DNA of 64,000 nucleotides, from contig JAXLNO010000147.1 in NCBI GenBank assembly GCA_038087875.1, forward strand, positions 1-64,000. The letters are read 5' to 3'. Source of the DNA: Malacoraja senta (taxonomy: Eukaryota). The position numbers and the translations under genes were made by a program. The notes beneath the pieces were generated by a model. It was given only the letters and a program-made list of their open reading frames with translations, had not been told where the DNA came from and did not search any database. Shown piece after piece: positions 46,813 to 59,679 of the stretch. How positions within the stretch are numbered: the first letter of the stretch is position 1; each line of letters begins with the position of its first letter.

Positions 46813-47135
46813 CCCATCCGGGGCCTCAGGAGACGAGGCTTTTTTCTCCGACGGAGCAGTTTCCCAAAGGCAGGATCGTCCTTCACGACCGCAAATGTTA
46901 TTTGTAAACAAGTTGGTTCTCGCCCGCTTCGAGCCCCGGACACAGACACAGACAGACAGACACAGACAGACAGACGGACACAGACAGACGGACACAGACA
47001 CTTCCCCCTCCCCTTCACCTTCACCTTCAACTCCAACTTCCCGCCCGCGCTCCGTCCTCGACCGTCGTCATGGCCGCATCGACAAGATGGCGCCTGGTCG
47101 CGTCACGTGGTGGCCGCCAACGGTACTAGACGCTA
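46813..47135. promoter_or_regulatory. CpG-island housekeeping-type promoter
   Basis: YY1 AAGATGGCG 47084-47092, E-box GTCACGTG 47102-47109, ETS ACTTCC 47036-47041, GC box; no TE hallmarks. Confidence 0.6.
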
Positions 47136-48584
47136 AAGAATGTTCTCGATGCTGAAGACCGTTTCTCCATTGTCCCCCACAGCTGGTACCTGACCTGCTG
47201 ATTCACTTCAACACTTTGTATTTGATCTAGATCTAGATCAATGATCAATGTACTTTGCATGGACATGCACAGCTGGATCCATTCGGAAACTAGTCTCAAA
47301 TCCCTGAGAGGTTTCTGTAGTTATTATTGGGCAAAGTATATCTATTGATGAGTAACAAAGATCCAATGGACGAAGAGGTAAGATAATCAATAAGATTATT
47401 TTTCCCCCTAATTAAATGGTTAGAATTACACTTTCAGAACTAATCACTTTCAATAGTTATGCTAAATGCTTGAAATTAAAACAAAATTAGGGTGAAGGGG
47501 AGTAGATGTAAATATGTAGATTGAGCACATGGGACAACTGGACTTTGGACTTTGAATAATGGCGCCAAAAACAGCAGTACCTGCCTGTGTAATATATGCA
47601 AAAACAATGTCACTGTGCAGTTGCATTTGTGACAAATAAAGCATCATTGAACCATTGTTCATACAACGTGCCAGTGAAGACAAATGGTCTGTTGTCTTGT
47701 TTACTAAATTACATTTATTCAGCTATTTGCAAAATGTATACATTGAACTACAACAAAACACCCAGCATTTTTCTCTATCCAGGTGAGGAGGGACTAATTG
47801 GCAGGTGATTGAGTTGGAGGTTATAAATACAGAAAACCAAATGGTGCAAATAGCGCATAAAATGTAGAACCAGGGGTGGCATGAGCATGGATTTGGGGAT
47901 AAAATGGTTTGACTTGGAATTGGGAAGGGTGGGAGATGAGTGGATGGAGGAGGGGAAAGGAACTGGGTGATGGCGGTGGGGGGTTTCATTTTGTTAGTGG
48001 CATTCACTGCCAGAATTAAATGTAAAAAAGCAAAACTGTTTGTGATTTATGCACCTAACCTGTGGTCATCAGAGTAGATTAAAAAGAAACATGAATGTTG
48101 CCATTCACGACACCTCCTCCAATCTTTCACCCCTCTAGGTTTCCAGTACATCTTCATACTTTGGTCTCTTGCATAATTCTATTAGATATTTAACATGGAA
48201 ATAGGCCTTTCGGCCCACCAAGACCATGCTGACCTTCGATCACCCATTCACACGTTAAATAACGCATCTCGACAAATTCTCACGCCCTCACGCTGATCAC
48301 AAATTTCTCGCGCTCTGTCGTGAGAAATTCTGTGATGAACGAAAATTTCAAAACTCATAAACTGCATGGGCCGCGGGTGTTGGAGAGCCGGGGCTGAGGG
48401 AGGGATGGAAGCAGAGGTTGCGGCGGGGACAGATGCGGGGAGCCGCGGCTAGCGAGAGTTTGCGGGGCTGGTGAGTTGCTCGCTGCAGCTCCGGCCATGG
48501 AGCAGCCCCAGTGCAAGAGTCCCGGGCCGTCGGAGGCGTTGCGCCGCTGCCGTGAGAGTCTCTGCCGAAGGGACAGACTCTCAA

Positions 48585-49068
48585 AGGGAGAGGGAGAGAG
48601 AGAGAGGGGAAGGAGACAGTGAGACAGTGGGGGGAGAGAGAGAGAGGAGAGGTGGGAGAGAACGGGAAGAGAGCGACGGGGTAAGAGGGAGGGGGAGGGA
48701 GTGAGTGGGGGAAATAGGGGGGAGGAAGAGGGGGAAGAAAGGAAGCGAGAGGGGAGCGAGAGGGGGAGGAGATAGGGGAGGGGGGTAGGGAGAGGGGGGC
48801 AAAGAGAAAGAGGAGAGGAGAGAGAGGGTAGAGAGAGCAAGGGTGGGAGGGAGAAATGGGGGAGAGATGGAGAGGGGGAGAGAGAGAGGTGAGGGAGAGG
48901 GGGAGAAAGAGAAGGAGGGAGAAAGTGGGAGGGGAGAGAGAGAGAGAGAGAGGGGGAAAGAGGAGAGAGAGCGAGGGGGAGAGAGAGGGGAGGGTGGAGT
49001 GAGGGGGCGAGAGAGGGGGAAGAGAGGGAGAGGGGAGGGAGAGGGGAGGGAGAGGAGAGAGAGAGGGT
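48585..49068. repeat. Polypurine (GA-rich) low-complexity tract
   Basis: Direct inspection. Confidence 0.95.
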
Positions 49069-49072
49069 GGTC

Positions 49073-49676
49073 AATTTTTGCGCTGTAAATAATTATGGAA
49101 ATCGGGATAAGTGTGACAGACATTTAGCCTACTTCAGAATTCCAAAGTGAGGAGAAATGACGGTAGATAGAAGCGAGAGCTGAAGGGACAACAACAGCCA
49201 AAGTGCTTGTCGAACATTGGTCGTTTGCTCACTGCATTTCATCAACTAAGGAATTATTTATGTTTTTTCTTGATTCCTTTGGCATCTAAAAAGTTTCAGA
49301 AGTGATAAATCTGGCTGTAAAATTTTAAAATCACCCATGGTTCTCAAGTGAGTTTTTACATACAAAAAAATGCCTCTGAAGCAAAATTTACAACCAGATT
49401 TATCACTTCTGAGACTTTTTAGACACCAAAGGAATCAAGAAAAAAAACAAATAATGCCTTACTGTTGATGAAATGCAGTGAGCAAACGCAATAAATCCCA
49501 ATATTTTCATTTCCGATATCTGCACGGCCAATGTTCGCCTAGCACTTTAGCTGTTGTTGTCCCTTCAGCTCTCGCTTCTATTTACCTTCATTTCGCTTCA
49601 CTTTTGGAATTCTGAAGTTGGGTACATGTCTCTCACACTTACCCCGACTTCCACAATTTTTTACAGCGCAAAAATT
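49073..49676. repeat. Imperfect inverted repeat (~250-bp arms, ~60-bp spacer), probably inside a non-autonomous DNA element ending ~49824
   Basis: 49073-49324 is largely the reverse complement of 49383-49676; ccccccta hAT-like end at 49824; no left end found. Confidence 0.7.
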
Positions 49677-49825
49677 CAACATTTTGGCGGTTTATAACAG
49701 GTAGGAAAGTACGCGTTTCTTGCATTAATAACATATACCGGAAGTTACGTATGTCCTCCAGATGGATTGAGCGGCTCCGTGCGTCAAACCCTATGACCCA
49801 GTGACCTTACGTGCAACCCCCCTAT

Positions 49826-50780
49826 ACAGAGCATTGGAAGACCCCACTACCCCAAATCCAAGGACTTACCCCGCACATACACAGGTATTTTTTATCCCAA
49901 TCCCGTGAATTTGTATCTTATCTAAATCAGGGATTCATCCCGACCCCTATCTCAATGTTGAACATTGCAAGATGCCCCTACCCCAAACCTGGGGAATTAT
50001 CCCATCAACCCCACATGTGTGGTTATCATTCCAATGCCAGGAATTTCCATCCGATCTAAATTCCATCCCAGGGATTTCTCTCCGAATGCGGGGCCTTGCA
50101 AGATGCTCCCATTGCAAACATGGAGAATTACCACCCTACCTGCACAAGGGCAATCCCAGGAATTTTCATCCACCAAAATCAGGGATTTATTCCGATGTAC
50201 CATCCTGTAGATGTCCCTCACAATGCTGAGCATTGCTGTGTGCCCCTACCTCTAACCCAGGGAATTGAATTATCCCCACCTGCACACGGGCAATTATTAT
50301 TCCAATGCCAGAAATATCCATCCTTTCTAAATTAGCGATTGTCCCCTATGCCAATGCTGAGCATTGCAAGATACCCCTAACCCAACCCAGGGAATTACCC
50401 CCAACCCACACATGGGTGATTATCCCAATCCCAGGAACTTGCAGCCTACCTGAATCAAGGATTGCCCCTAACCCTGATCCACAATCTCATGATTTCCCTC
50501 CCAATGCTGAGAACTGCAAGATGCTCCCAGCCCAGACTGGGGGATTCTCCCGGCTCACAGGCGATTATTCTAATGTCTGGAATTGCTATCCTCTCTTATC
50601 CAGGGATTACCTCAGATTAAACCAGTGCTCCGATGCAGGCAGTGCTATCTGAACCCCAGGAATTTCCACTATCTAACCCAGGGATGCCCCCACCTCAAAC
50701 ACAGGGAATTATTCCGCCACCTGCACTCGGTCAATTATTATTCCAACTCCAGGAATTTTTATCCCAGGGATTGTCCCTGA
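49826..50780. repeat. Degenerate satellite, ~130-150 bp period
   Basis: aatgctgagcattgcaagatg...cagggaatta...ttattccaatgccaggaa recurs near 49953, 50085, 50222, 50353, 50503. Confidence 0.75.
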
Positions 50781-51624
50781 TCCCAGTGATTCCCACTTCC
50801 CATTGCACCGCACAGTCTCTGATCACAGTGATTGGACCCCACCCGTCCTCTGATCCCTGGGATTGGAGCCTGTTTTATCCTAATCTCTGGGAATGGACCC
50901 CACCCTGTCTCTGATCCCAAGGATTGGGGTTTGTCCCATTGGTGATGCCAGGGATTAGACCATAACCCATCTGTAATTCCAAGAATTGGATCCCACCTCA
51001 TCACTGATCGCAGGAGTTGGAACATGCCCCATTTCTCATCCCAGATCTCCCCAAATCTCACCCTAAATCTCAGGAATTGTAATTTCCGGAAACCCAGGCT
51101 TTGGTGCCTTGGATCTCCCCCGCAGTCCCCAATCCCTCGGATTGCAACTTGTCGCCCACAAGCCTAATGATTGGATCTCATCTCTGATCCAGGAAATTCC
51201 CACAACCCCAGGGATTGACCTCTAACCCTTGAACCTGGGGAATTGCAATCTGCTCACAAACCCGGCTAGGTCACCAGTGCCATGTAAATGCATGGCAATC
51301 TTTCCAATTTCTGGGATTGCTGTCCCGTCTAAATCCTGAGCCACTGTTCTCGCAAACTGAGAATTGCCCTGTCTCCGAATTGTCCTCCATCTCTCAACCA
51401 CAACACCATAGTAGAACTCTTCAAACCTTTCGTCTCACGCTTTCTTATTTCCTTCTCTGGCCTCTGTCTAAACATCTGCCTATGAAAAACCGCCCTTGCC
51501 TGTGTTCACCTCTTACCTTCTACTCTTTGCCCTGTTCTTCCTCCCTTCCAGATTTCTTCCCTCCTTCCCTACAAACATTGTGAGGAAGGATCCCGACCCG
51601 AAACATCAGCTAACTACCTATGTA

Positions 51625-52420
51625 TTGAATGTAACATCTCCAAGTTTGCGGAAGACACAAAGCTGGGTGGCAGTGTGAGGTGCGAGGAGGATGCTATGAG
51701 GCTGCAGGGTGACTTGGATATGTTGGGTGAGTGGGCAGATGAATGGCAGGTGCAGTATAATGTGGATAAATGTGACGTTATCCACTTTGGTGGCAAGAAC
51801 AAGAAGGTAGATCATTATCTGAATGGTGTCAGATTAGGAAAACGGGAGGCGCAACGAGACCTGGGTGTCCTTGTACATCAGTCATAGAAAGTAAGCATGC
51901 CGGTACAGCAGGCAGTGAAGAAAGCAAATGGCATGTTGGCCATCATAGCTGAAGGATTTAAGTATAGGAGCAAGGAGGTCCTACTGTAGTTGTACAGGGA
52001 CCTGGTGAGACCACACCTGGAGTATTGTGTGCAGTTTTGGTCACCTAATTTAAGGAAGGACATTCTTGCTTTTGAGAGGGTGCAGCATAGGTTCACCAGG
52101 TTAATTCCAGGGATGGTGGGACTGACATATGATAAAAGAATGGATCGACTGTGCTTATATTAACTGGCATTTAGAAGGATAAGATAGGCTAGCTGCAGGA
52201 AAAATGTTTCCAATGTTGGGGGAGTCCAGAAACAGGGGGTCACAGTTTAAGAATGCTATGGCCATATTGGACTGAGATGAGGAAAAACGTTTTCATCCAG
52301 AGAGTTGTAAATCTGGAATTCTCTGCCACAGAAGGAAGTGGAGGCCAATTCACTGGATGTGTTCAAGAGAGTTAAATATAGTTCTTAGCACTAATGGAAT
52401 TGAGGCATATTGGAAGAAAG
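51625..52420 (+). mobile_element. CR1 RT/3' fragment
   Basis: NISKFAEDTKLGG...RDLGVLVHQS; stops. Confidence 0.9.
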
Positions 52421-52816
52421 CAGCTTCTCCAGAGATGCTGCCTGACCCGTTGAGTTACTCCAGCACTTTGAGGTTTTTTTCCTGTTGAATGACCCTCTGC
52501 TGACTCCTCGCAATTGCTCCCGGTCCCAAATCTGGAATTTTCCATCCCACCCCCGTTCCCCCAAGTCCCCAATCCCAGGACTCCCCCATCACAGGTGTGT
52601 AATCCCCTCTGCTCCATATCCCAGGGATTAGGCATGGACATGTTGGTCGCATGGGCGAGTTGGGCTGAGGGGCGAATTTCCATGCTGTATGACTCTATGA
52701 CTTGAGCGGTGCAGAGAGGTAAAGGTCACTGGAAGAAAAACTAACGGATGCTATTACCAGCATTCGCAAGGATAAGATCTGGACGGGATGAGATAGTGGA
52801 TGGGACGTGGAGATTC

Positions 52817-53120
52817 CAGTGGCGCAGTGGTAGAGTTGCTGCCTTAAAACGCCTGCAGCGACAGTGACCCGGTTTCGATCCCGACTACGGGTGCTGTCTG
52901 TACAGAGTTTGTACATTCTCTCCGTGAGCTTTCTCTGAGATCTTCGGTTTCCTCCCACACTCCAAAGACGTGCAGGTTTGCAGGTTAATTAGCTTTTGTA
53001 AAATTGTAAATTGTCCTAGCATGTAGGATAGTGCTAGTATACGGGGTGATCGCTGGTTGGGGTAGACTCGGTGGGCTGAAGGGCCTGTTTCCGTGCTGTA
53101 TCTCTGAAATCTAAAGTAAA
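52817..53120 (+). mobile_element. HE1-type tRNA-derived SINE
   Basis: A-box TGGCGCAGTGG, B-box GGTTTCGATCC, CR1-like tail gggctgaagggcctgtttccgtgctgtatctct. Confidence 0.85.
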
Positions 53121-53295
53121 TTTTAAAGACAGCATCCGAGCAAAGGATCGATCCCGGCTCTGGCTGTGAGGCAGTGACTCGACAGTTGCGCCACCGTGCC
53201 ATTCTTGAACTCTATACATGAGCTGTTCTGATCCGTTCTACCTTGGCTGACCTGCATCGTCTGCATGTGGTCTATTCTCAGTGCCCACTCTCCAG

Positions 53296-53583
53296 TCTGC
53301 CAACTCCATCTGATGCACGTGTAGCCATGTCCCAGGTGACGGGTTTCCGAGTGGGCGCTGAGTTCTAGAGCTACAGCGAGCTGCACAGGGAGTTCCGGCG
53401 CTACCAGAGGGACAGCTCCGTGCAGATGTGGACCAGGCACTCGCGGACCATCGAGGCGCAGCGGCGACGGGCACCCAAGCGCCGGATGAACGATGCGCTG
53501 AAGTTTGCCGAGAGCGACTACCCGTGCATTCACGGTGGCAAGTTATTCAAGACCAAAGGATTCGACAAACGGCCAATCCAGAG
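53296..53583 (+). pseudogene. MULE transposase/ZSWIM3 N-terminal-like coding exon with premature stop
   Basis: Acceptor ctctccag|, gccATG 53327, MSQVTGFRVGAEF*SYSELHREFRRYQRDSSVQMWTRHSRTIEAQRRRAPKRRMNDALKFAESDYPCIHGGKLFKTKGFDKRPIQR, donor ag|gtgagg; TAG at 53366. Confidence 0.7.
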
Positions 53584-53603
53584 GTGAGGAAATACTTGCA
53601 GGG

Positions 53604-53845
53604 GCGGCACAGGAGCGTAGCTGGTAGGGCCACTGCCTCACAACGCCAGGGATCCCGGTTCGATCCTGACCTCGGGTGCTCTCCGTGTGTGGAATTTACA
53701 CGTCCTCTCTGTGACCAGCTGTGTTTCTTCTGTGTGCTTCAGTTTCCTCCAATATCCAAGACACGTGCGTGTTTCTTGGTTAATTGGCCCTCTGTAAATT
53801 GTCCCGAATGTGTAGGGAGTGGATGACAAAGTGGGATAACATGGA
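53604..53845 (+). mobile_element. HE1-type SINE
   Basis: B-box ggttcgatcc and HE1 core. Confidence 0.75.
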
Positions 53846-53929
53846 ACATGGAATACCTCGCCTCTATTTCCTACGCTCTTATTTAAAGATGTTTTATCCT
53901 TTTAAATGTAAGTATCTAAGTTGAGCTGG

Positions 53930-54240
53930 GTAGTTAGTTTTGTTTAGAATTACAGCATGGAATCAGGCCTCTCGGCCCACCGAGTCCACACCGACCATCA
54001 ATCATCCATTCACACTAGTTCTATGTTATCCCACTTTCTCATCCACTCTCTACACACTAAGGGCAATTTACAAAAGCAAATTAACCCACAAACTTGTACG
54101 AGTTTAGAATGTAGACGGAAACCACTTGGAAAAAACCCACGTGGTCACAGGGATGACGTACAATCTCCACATAGACAGCACCCGTAGTCAGAATTGAACC
54201 TGATTCTCCGTTGCTGTGAGGGAGCAGCTCTAGTGCTGCC
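53930..54240 (-). mobile_element. HE1-type SINE
   Basis: Reverse-complement B-box, core and tail. Confidence 0.75.
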
Positions 54241-54329
54241 TCTGTCTGTCTTTCTCTTTCTCTTTTTTTCTCTGTCCCTCTGTTCATTTTTTTTCTCTTC
54301 TGCACTCTGTTCATCTTTGTCTGTGTGTG

Positions 54330-54770
54330 TGTCTCTCTCCCCCACTCTCCCTCCCCTCTCTCCCCTTCCCCTTCTCTCTCCCACTCTCTATCCCCCCCTC
54401 ACTCTCTCTCCCCCTTCCCTCTGTCCCCCCTCCCTCTCTCCCCCATCTCTCTCCCCCCTCTCTCTCATCCCCCTCTCTCTCCCCCCTTTCTCTCACCCCC
54501 TCTCTCTCCCCCTCTCTCTCACTCCCCTCTCTCTCTCTCTCTCTCCTTCCCCTCTCTCTCTCCCCCTCTCTCTCTCCCCCCTCTCTCTCTCCCCCCTCTC
54601 TCTCTCCCCCCTCTCTCTCTCCCCCTCTCTCTCTCTCCCCTCTCTTTTTCCCCTCTCTCACCCCCCTCCCTCTCTCTCTTCCTTTCTCTCTACCCCTGTC
54701 TCTCTCCCCTCTCTCTCTCTCTCCCCCCCCCTCTCTCTCCCCCACTCTCTCTCCCTCTCTCTCTCTCCCT
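54330..54770. repeat. Polypyrimidine (CT-rich) tract
   Basis: Direct inspection. Confidence 0.95.
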
Positions 54771-55302
54771 ACACCTACATGTGCCCATGCCTACCCACAC
54801 ATACACGACTCGCTGGGATTGTATAGAGCGGTAGAGTCATCCAAATGTCTTTTAGTCAGGATCGAACTCAGGTTTCCGGCGCTGCAAGTGCTGTAAGGCA
54901 GCAACTCTACCGCTGCGCCACCGTGCTGCCCAGAATATGTCCACGTAATTATTTATAAAGAGCTTACATGAACTCCGTCTCTTTGCCCGTGAGAGAATGT
55001 TATCTGATGCACCAACACATATCGGTGGGACTTAAAGCTGAAAGCTGCAATAAAAGGGATTTTGTGCAGATTTGGTTCAAGATAACATAATACATAGCAA
55101 CAAAGATGGACACAACAAGCTGGAGCAACTCAGTGGGTCAAGCATCATGTCTGGAGAAAAGGAATAGGTGATGTTTCGGATCCTTCCCGGCTGGTGTGGT
55201 CTTGACCCAAAATGTCAGTTTCTTTTCTCCAGTGATGTTATCTAACCCGTTGAGTTACTCCAGTTTTTTGTGTCTATCTTTGGTGTAAACTAGAATCTGT
55301 AG

Positions 55303-55593
55303 TTTAGTTTAGACGTACAGCGTGGAAACAGGCCCTTGGCCCATGGAGTCCAAGCCGACCAGCGATCCCTGCACATTTGTGCTATCCTACACACATTAGG
55401 TACGACTTTCAATTCTACCGTCAATTAGCCTATAAACCTGCACATCTTTAGAGTGTGAGAAGAAACCGCAGCTCCTGAAGAAAACCCAGGGGGAGAACGT
55501 ACAAACTCCGTACAGACAGCACCTGTAGTCAGGATGAAACCCGGTCTCTGGCGCTGTAACACAGCAACTCTACCGCTGCGCCACCATGCTGCC
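55303..55593 (-). mobile_element. HE1-type SINE
   Basis: Reverse-complement A-box ggtggcgcagcggtagag, core and tail. Confidence 0.8.
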
Positions 55594-56014
55594 CCTACAC
55601 ATAGAACATAACAAGATGGGTGCTTGACGGTCATTGTCGACAATGTAGGTGGAAGAGCCGGTGTGTTTCTATGGGATAATATCACATTCCCCATTGGGAT
55701 ATCAATCCAGCCTCTGAACTCTGACAAATTTGGCCTTGTTTAACAGAGTCAGACAGAAACACTCAATGTCACTAGTCATTTCCCTAACAGTAACAAGGAT
55801 TATTTGCGTAGTTCTTCTAACGCACTAAAATATCTCCAGCATTCAGGGACATTATCAAAGTGATTGATGTGAACTGCCTAAGCAGGGATTCTGGAGATGA
55901 CCTATAACTTGGGTGGAGATGGTGAGTTACATGGAATGTCTTATAATGGGGTTTAAAAGAAGTATATCTGTTCATGAGAGGCATAGAATAGAGACCCTCG
56001 CACTATCTTGCTGC

Positions 56015-56700
56015 ACCTGCAAGTCGGCATGCAGGTGCAGCAGGCAGTGAAGAAAGCGAATGGTATGTTAGCATTCAAGCAAAAGGATTTGAGTATAGGA
56101 GCAGGGATGTTCTACTGCAGTTGTACAGGGTCTTGGTGAGACCACACCTGGAGTATTGCGTACAGTTTTGGTCTCCTAATCTGAGGAAGGACATTCTTGC
56201 CATAGAGTTCAGAGAAGGTTCACCAAACTGATTCCTGGGATTTCAGGACTTTCATATGAAGAAAGACTGGATAGACTCGGCTTGTACTCGCTAGAATTTA
56301 GAAGATTGAGGGGGGATCTTATAGAAACTTACAAAATTCTTAAGGGGTTGGACAGGCTAGATGCTTGAAGATTGTTCCCGATGTTGGGGAAGTCCAGAAC
56401 AAGGGGTCACAGTTTAAGGATAAAGGGGAAATCTTTTAGGACCGAGATGAGAAAAACATTTTTACACAGAGTGGTGAATCTCTGGAATTCTCTGCCACAG
56501 AATGTAGTTGAGGCTAGTTCATTGGCTATATTTAAGAGGGAGTTAGATGTGGCTCTTGTGGCTAAAGGGATCAGGGGGTATGGAGAGAAAGCAGGTACAG
56601 AATACTGAGTTGGATAATCAGCCATGATCATATTGAATGGCGGTGCAGTCTCGAAGGGCCGAATGGCCTACTCCTGCACCGATTTTCTATGTTTCTATCT
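56015..56700 (+). mobile_element. CR1/HER1 3' fragment
   Basis: Same subfamily as 11206-13940; tail intact. Confidence 0.92.
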
Positions 56701-57753
56701 TTAATTGGACATTACTGGACTTTATCTGCGCTAAACATTATTCCCTTAATCCTGTATCTGTACACTGTGGACGGCTGAGACACAGAAATCCGGAGGAACT
56801 CAGCAGGTCAGACAGCATCTCTGGAGAAAAGGAATAGGTGATGTTTCAGGTCAAGACCCTTCTTCAGACCTAGAGAAAAGGAATACATGACATTCGGGGC
56901 GCGACCCCTCTACAGACCAGAGAAGGAATAGGTGAAGTTTCGGTAGAGACCCTTCTTCAGATTGATGCTTCCTGACCCGCTGAGTTACTCCAGTTTTTGG
57001 TATCTATCTTCAGTTTAAACTAGCATCTGCAGTTCCTTCCTACACATTTTGACTGGACGGCTGGAAAGCACGCTACAAAAAAGCTTTTTGGTACACGGGA
57101 CAAGAAACTAGACTAAACTAGATGGGGAAGATGTTCCGAATGTTTTTCCCCATGGTAGTTGTGGAGGAGGAGAGACACATAGAGGAAGAAGGTTCTAAAT
57201 AGCTGCTAAAGGAATAGTCAATTGCACAGGGATTAAAATTCATGAATGGGCTGGGGCCAGAGTTAGAGAGATTTTGTGTTATATATATATATATAACCTG
57301 GACTTAAATACAGGTGGGTTGGTGAGTAAGATTGCTAATTACACAAATTAGGAGTTGCAGACAGCGAGAAATGCTGTCAGAAGATAGCAGAACATAGACC
57401 AGCTGCAGACAGGGGCAGAGAAATGGCAGATGGAATTTAACCCGAGCAAGTGATGCACTTTGAGAGGTTAAATGTAAGGGGAGAGTATACAGTTAATGGC
57501 ATGACCATTAACAGCATTGAATGTGCAGAGGGATCTTGGAGTCCAAGTTCATAGCTCACTGAAGGAGGCAGCACAAGTAGACAGGGTGGTTAAGAAGGTG
57601 TCATAAATGATAGGAGCAGAATTAGGCCATTCAGCCCATCAAGTCTATTCCGCCATTCATTCATGGCTGATCTATCTCTCCCTCCTAATCCCATTAAATA
57701 TAGAAACATAGAAAATAGGTGCAGGAGGAGGCCATTCGGCCCTTCGAGCCAGC

Positions 57754-59679
57754 AAGGCAAGGCAAGGCAAGTTTATTTGTATAGCACCTTTCAACCACAA
57801 GGTCATTCAAAGTGCTTTACATAAAACATTTAAAGCATTTGAAAGAAACACATATAAAATGACATTTAGATATAAAATGATTATTAGATTATTCAGATCA
57901 AATAATTACAAAATTAAAAGCAATCAAATAAAATATTTAAAATAGAATAAAACCAGGAATAGAAGTTACAGTGCAGTATAGGTAATTAATAAATGGTATT
58001 GTTTACTGAAAGGCAGCGGCAAACAGAAAAGTCTTCAGTCTAGATTTAAAAGAGCTGAGAGTTGCAGCAGACCTGCAGTTTTCTGGGAGTTTGTTCCAGA
58101 TATGTGGTGCATAAAAACTAAATGCTGCCTCTCCATGTTTAGTTCTGACTCTGGGGACACAGAGCAGACCTGTCCCAGACGATCTGAGAGGTCTGGGTGG
58201 TTTGTAGCTAAGCAGAAGATCAGAAATGTATTTTGGCCCTAAACCATTCAGTGCTTTGTAAACCAACAGTATTATTTTGAAATCAATTCTTTGACAGACA
58301 GGAAGCCAGTGTAAAGACCTCAGAACTGGAGTAATGTGATCTACCTTTTTGGTCTTAGTGAGGACTCGAGCAGCAGCGTTCTGAATTAACTGCAGCTGTC
58401 TGATCGACTTTTTAGGGAGACCTGTAAAGACACTGTTACAGTAGTGGAGCCTGCTGAATATAAATGCATGGACAAGTTTTTCCAAATCCTGCTGAGACAT
58501 AAGTCCTTTAATCCTTGATATATTCTTTAGGTGATAGTAGGCTGACTTTGTGACTGTTTTTATGTGGCTGTTGAAGTTCAGGTCTGAGTCCATGACTACT
58601 CCTAAGTTTCTGGCTTGGTTTGTTGTTTTTAGCATTACCATTTGAAGCTGGGTGCTAACTTTTAATCGCTCTTCCTTGGCTCCAAAAACAATTATTTCCG
58701 TTTTTTCTTTGTTTAATTGGAGAAAATTCTGGTTCATCCAATTGTTGATTTGCTCAATGCATCTACTCAGTGCTTGTATTGGACTATAGTCTCCTGGTGA
58801 TATTGTTATGTAGATTTGTGTGTCGTCTGCGTAACTATGGTAACATATTTTGATGTTTTTCATGATCTGAGCCAGTGGAAGCATGTAGATGTTAAACAGA
58901 AGAGGCCCCAGAATGGAGCCCTGGGGAACTCCACATGTAATTTTTGCACGCTCACATGTGTAATTACCTATAGAAACAAAGTAGTCCCTGTCCTTCAAGT
59001 AGGATTCAAACCATTTTAATGCTGTGCCCGAAAGTCCCACCCAGTTTTCCAGACGGTCTAGTAATATGTTGTGATCGACTGTGTCGAATGCAGCACTGAG
59101 ATCTAGTAATACTAAGACTGAAATGTTGCCATTGTCTGTGTGTAAGTGAATGTCATTGAAGACCTTAACAAGAGCCGTCTCGGTGCTGTGATGTGGTCTA
59201 AATCCTGACTGGAAGACATCAAAACAGCTGTTCATTAACATGAAATTGTTCAGCTGCTTAAAAACAGCTTTTTCAATGATTTTACTGAGAAATGGGAGGT
59301 TTGATATTGGTCTGTAATTGTTCAGTAGTGAAGTGTCTAAGTTCTTATTTTTTAAGAGAGGCTTGATAACAGCAGTTTTCAGGGCCTGTGGGAAGACACC
59401 TGAGAGAAGGGACGTGTTTACAATCTGTAGAAGGTCTGAGGTCATGCAGTTTGATACACCTTTGAAAAGGCCTGTTGGTAGAATATCGAGGCATCAGGAG
59501 GAGGATTTCAAATGTTGTATAATGTCCTCCAAGGTTTTATGGTTAATAACATAAAATTGTGTCATGGTATTTGAATTGATTATAAGTGGACACATGGACA
59601 ACACATGTCCTGCACCTGATGTGGAGGCACTGACTGCTTGCCTAATTTTCTGAATTTTGTCGGTGAAGAAGGAGGCAAA
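57754..59679 (-). mobile_element. L2-clade LINE, 5'-truncated, young
   Basis: (CTTGC)n tail at 57754-57771; splits CR1 3' UTR gagccagc|accgccatt; one stop upstream of the long ORF. Confidence 0.93.
58003..59445 (-). CDS. L2 reverse transcriptase ORF, 480 aa (no endonuclease)
   Basis: [41 protein letters not shown]. Confidence 0.9.
   Translation of the reverse strand: MTSDLLQIVNTSLLSGVFPQALKTAVIKPLLKNKNLDTSLLNNYRPISNLPFLSKIIEKAVFKQLNNFMLMNSCFDVFQSGFRPHHSTETALVKVFNDIHLHTDNGNISVLVLLDLSAAFDTVDHNILLDRLENWVGLSGTALKWFESYLKDRDYFVSIGNYTCERAKITCGVPQGSILGPLLFNIYMLPLAQIMKNIKICYHSYADDTQIYITISPGDYSPIQALSRCIEQINNWMNQNFLQLNKEKTEIIVFGAKEERLKVSTQLQMVMLKTTNQARNLGVVMDSDLNFNSHIKTVTKSAYYHLKNISRIKGLMSQQDLEKLVHAFIFSRLHYCNSVFTGLPKKSIRQLQLIQNAAARVLTKTKKVDHITPVLRSLHWLPVCQRIDFKIILLVYKALNGLGPKYISDLLLSYKPPRPLRSSGTGLLCVPRVRTKHGEAAFSFYAPHIWNKLPENCRSAATLSSFKSRLKTFLFAAAFQ

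Noticed and set aside
46329..47155. Gly-rich ORFs of 150-190 aa
   Set aside because: Products of the G-rich VNTR and simple repeats
48355..49123. Long Leu/Ser/Pro ORFs (also 54194-54896)
   Set aside because: Low-complexity purine/pyrimidine tracts lacking stop codons
52817..52890. tRNA gene
   Set aside because: A/B boxes run into HE1 SINE core and CR1-like tail; no cloverleaf
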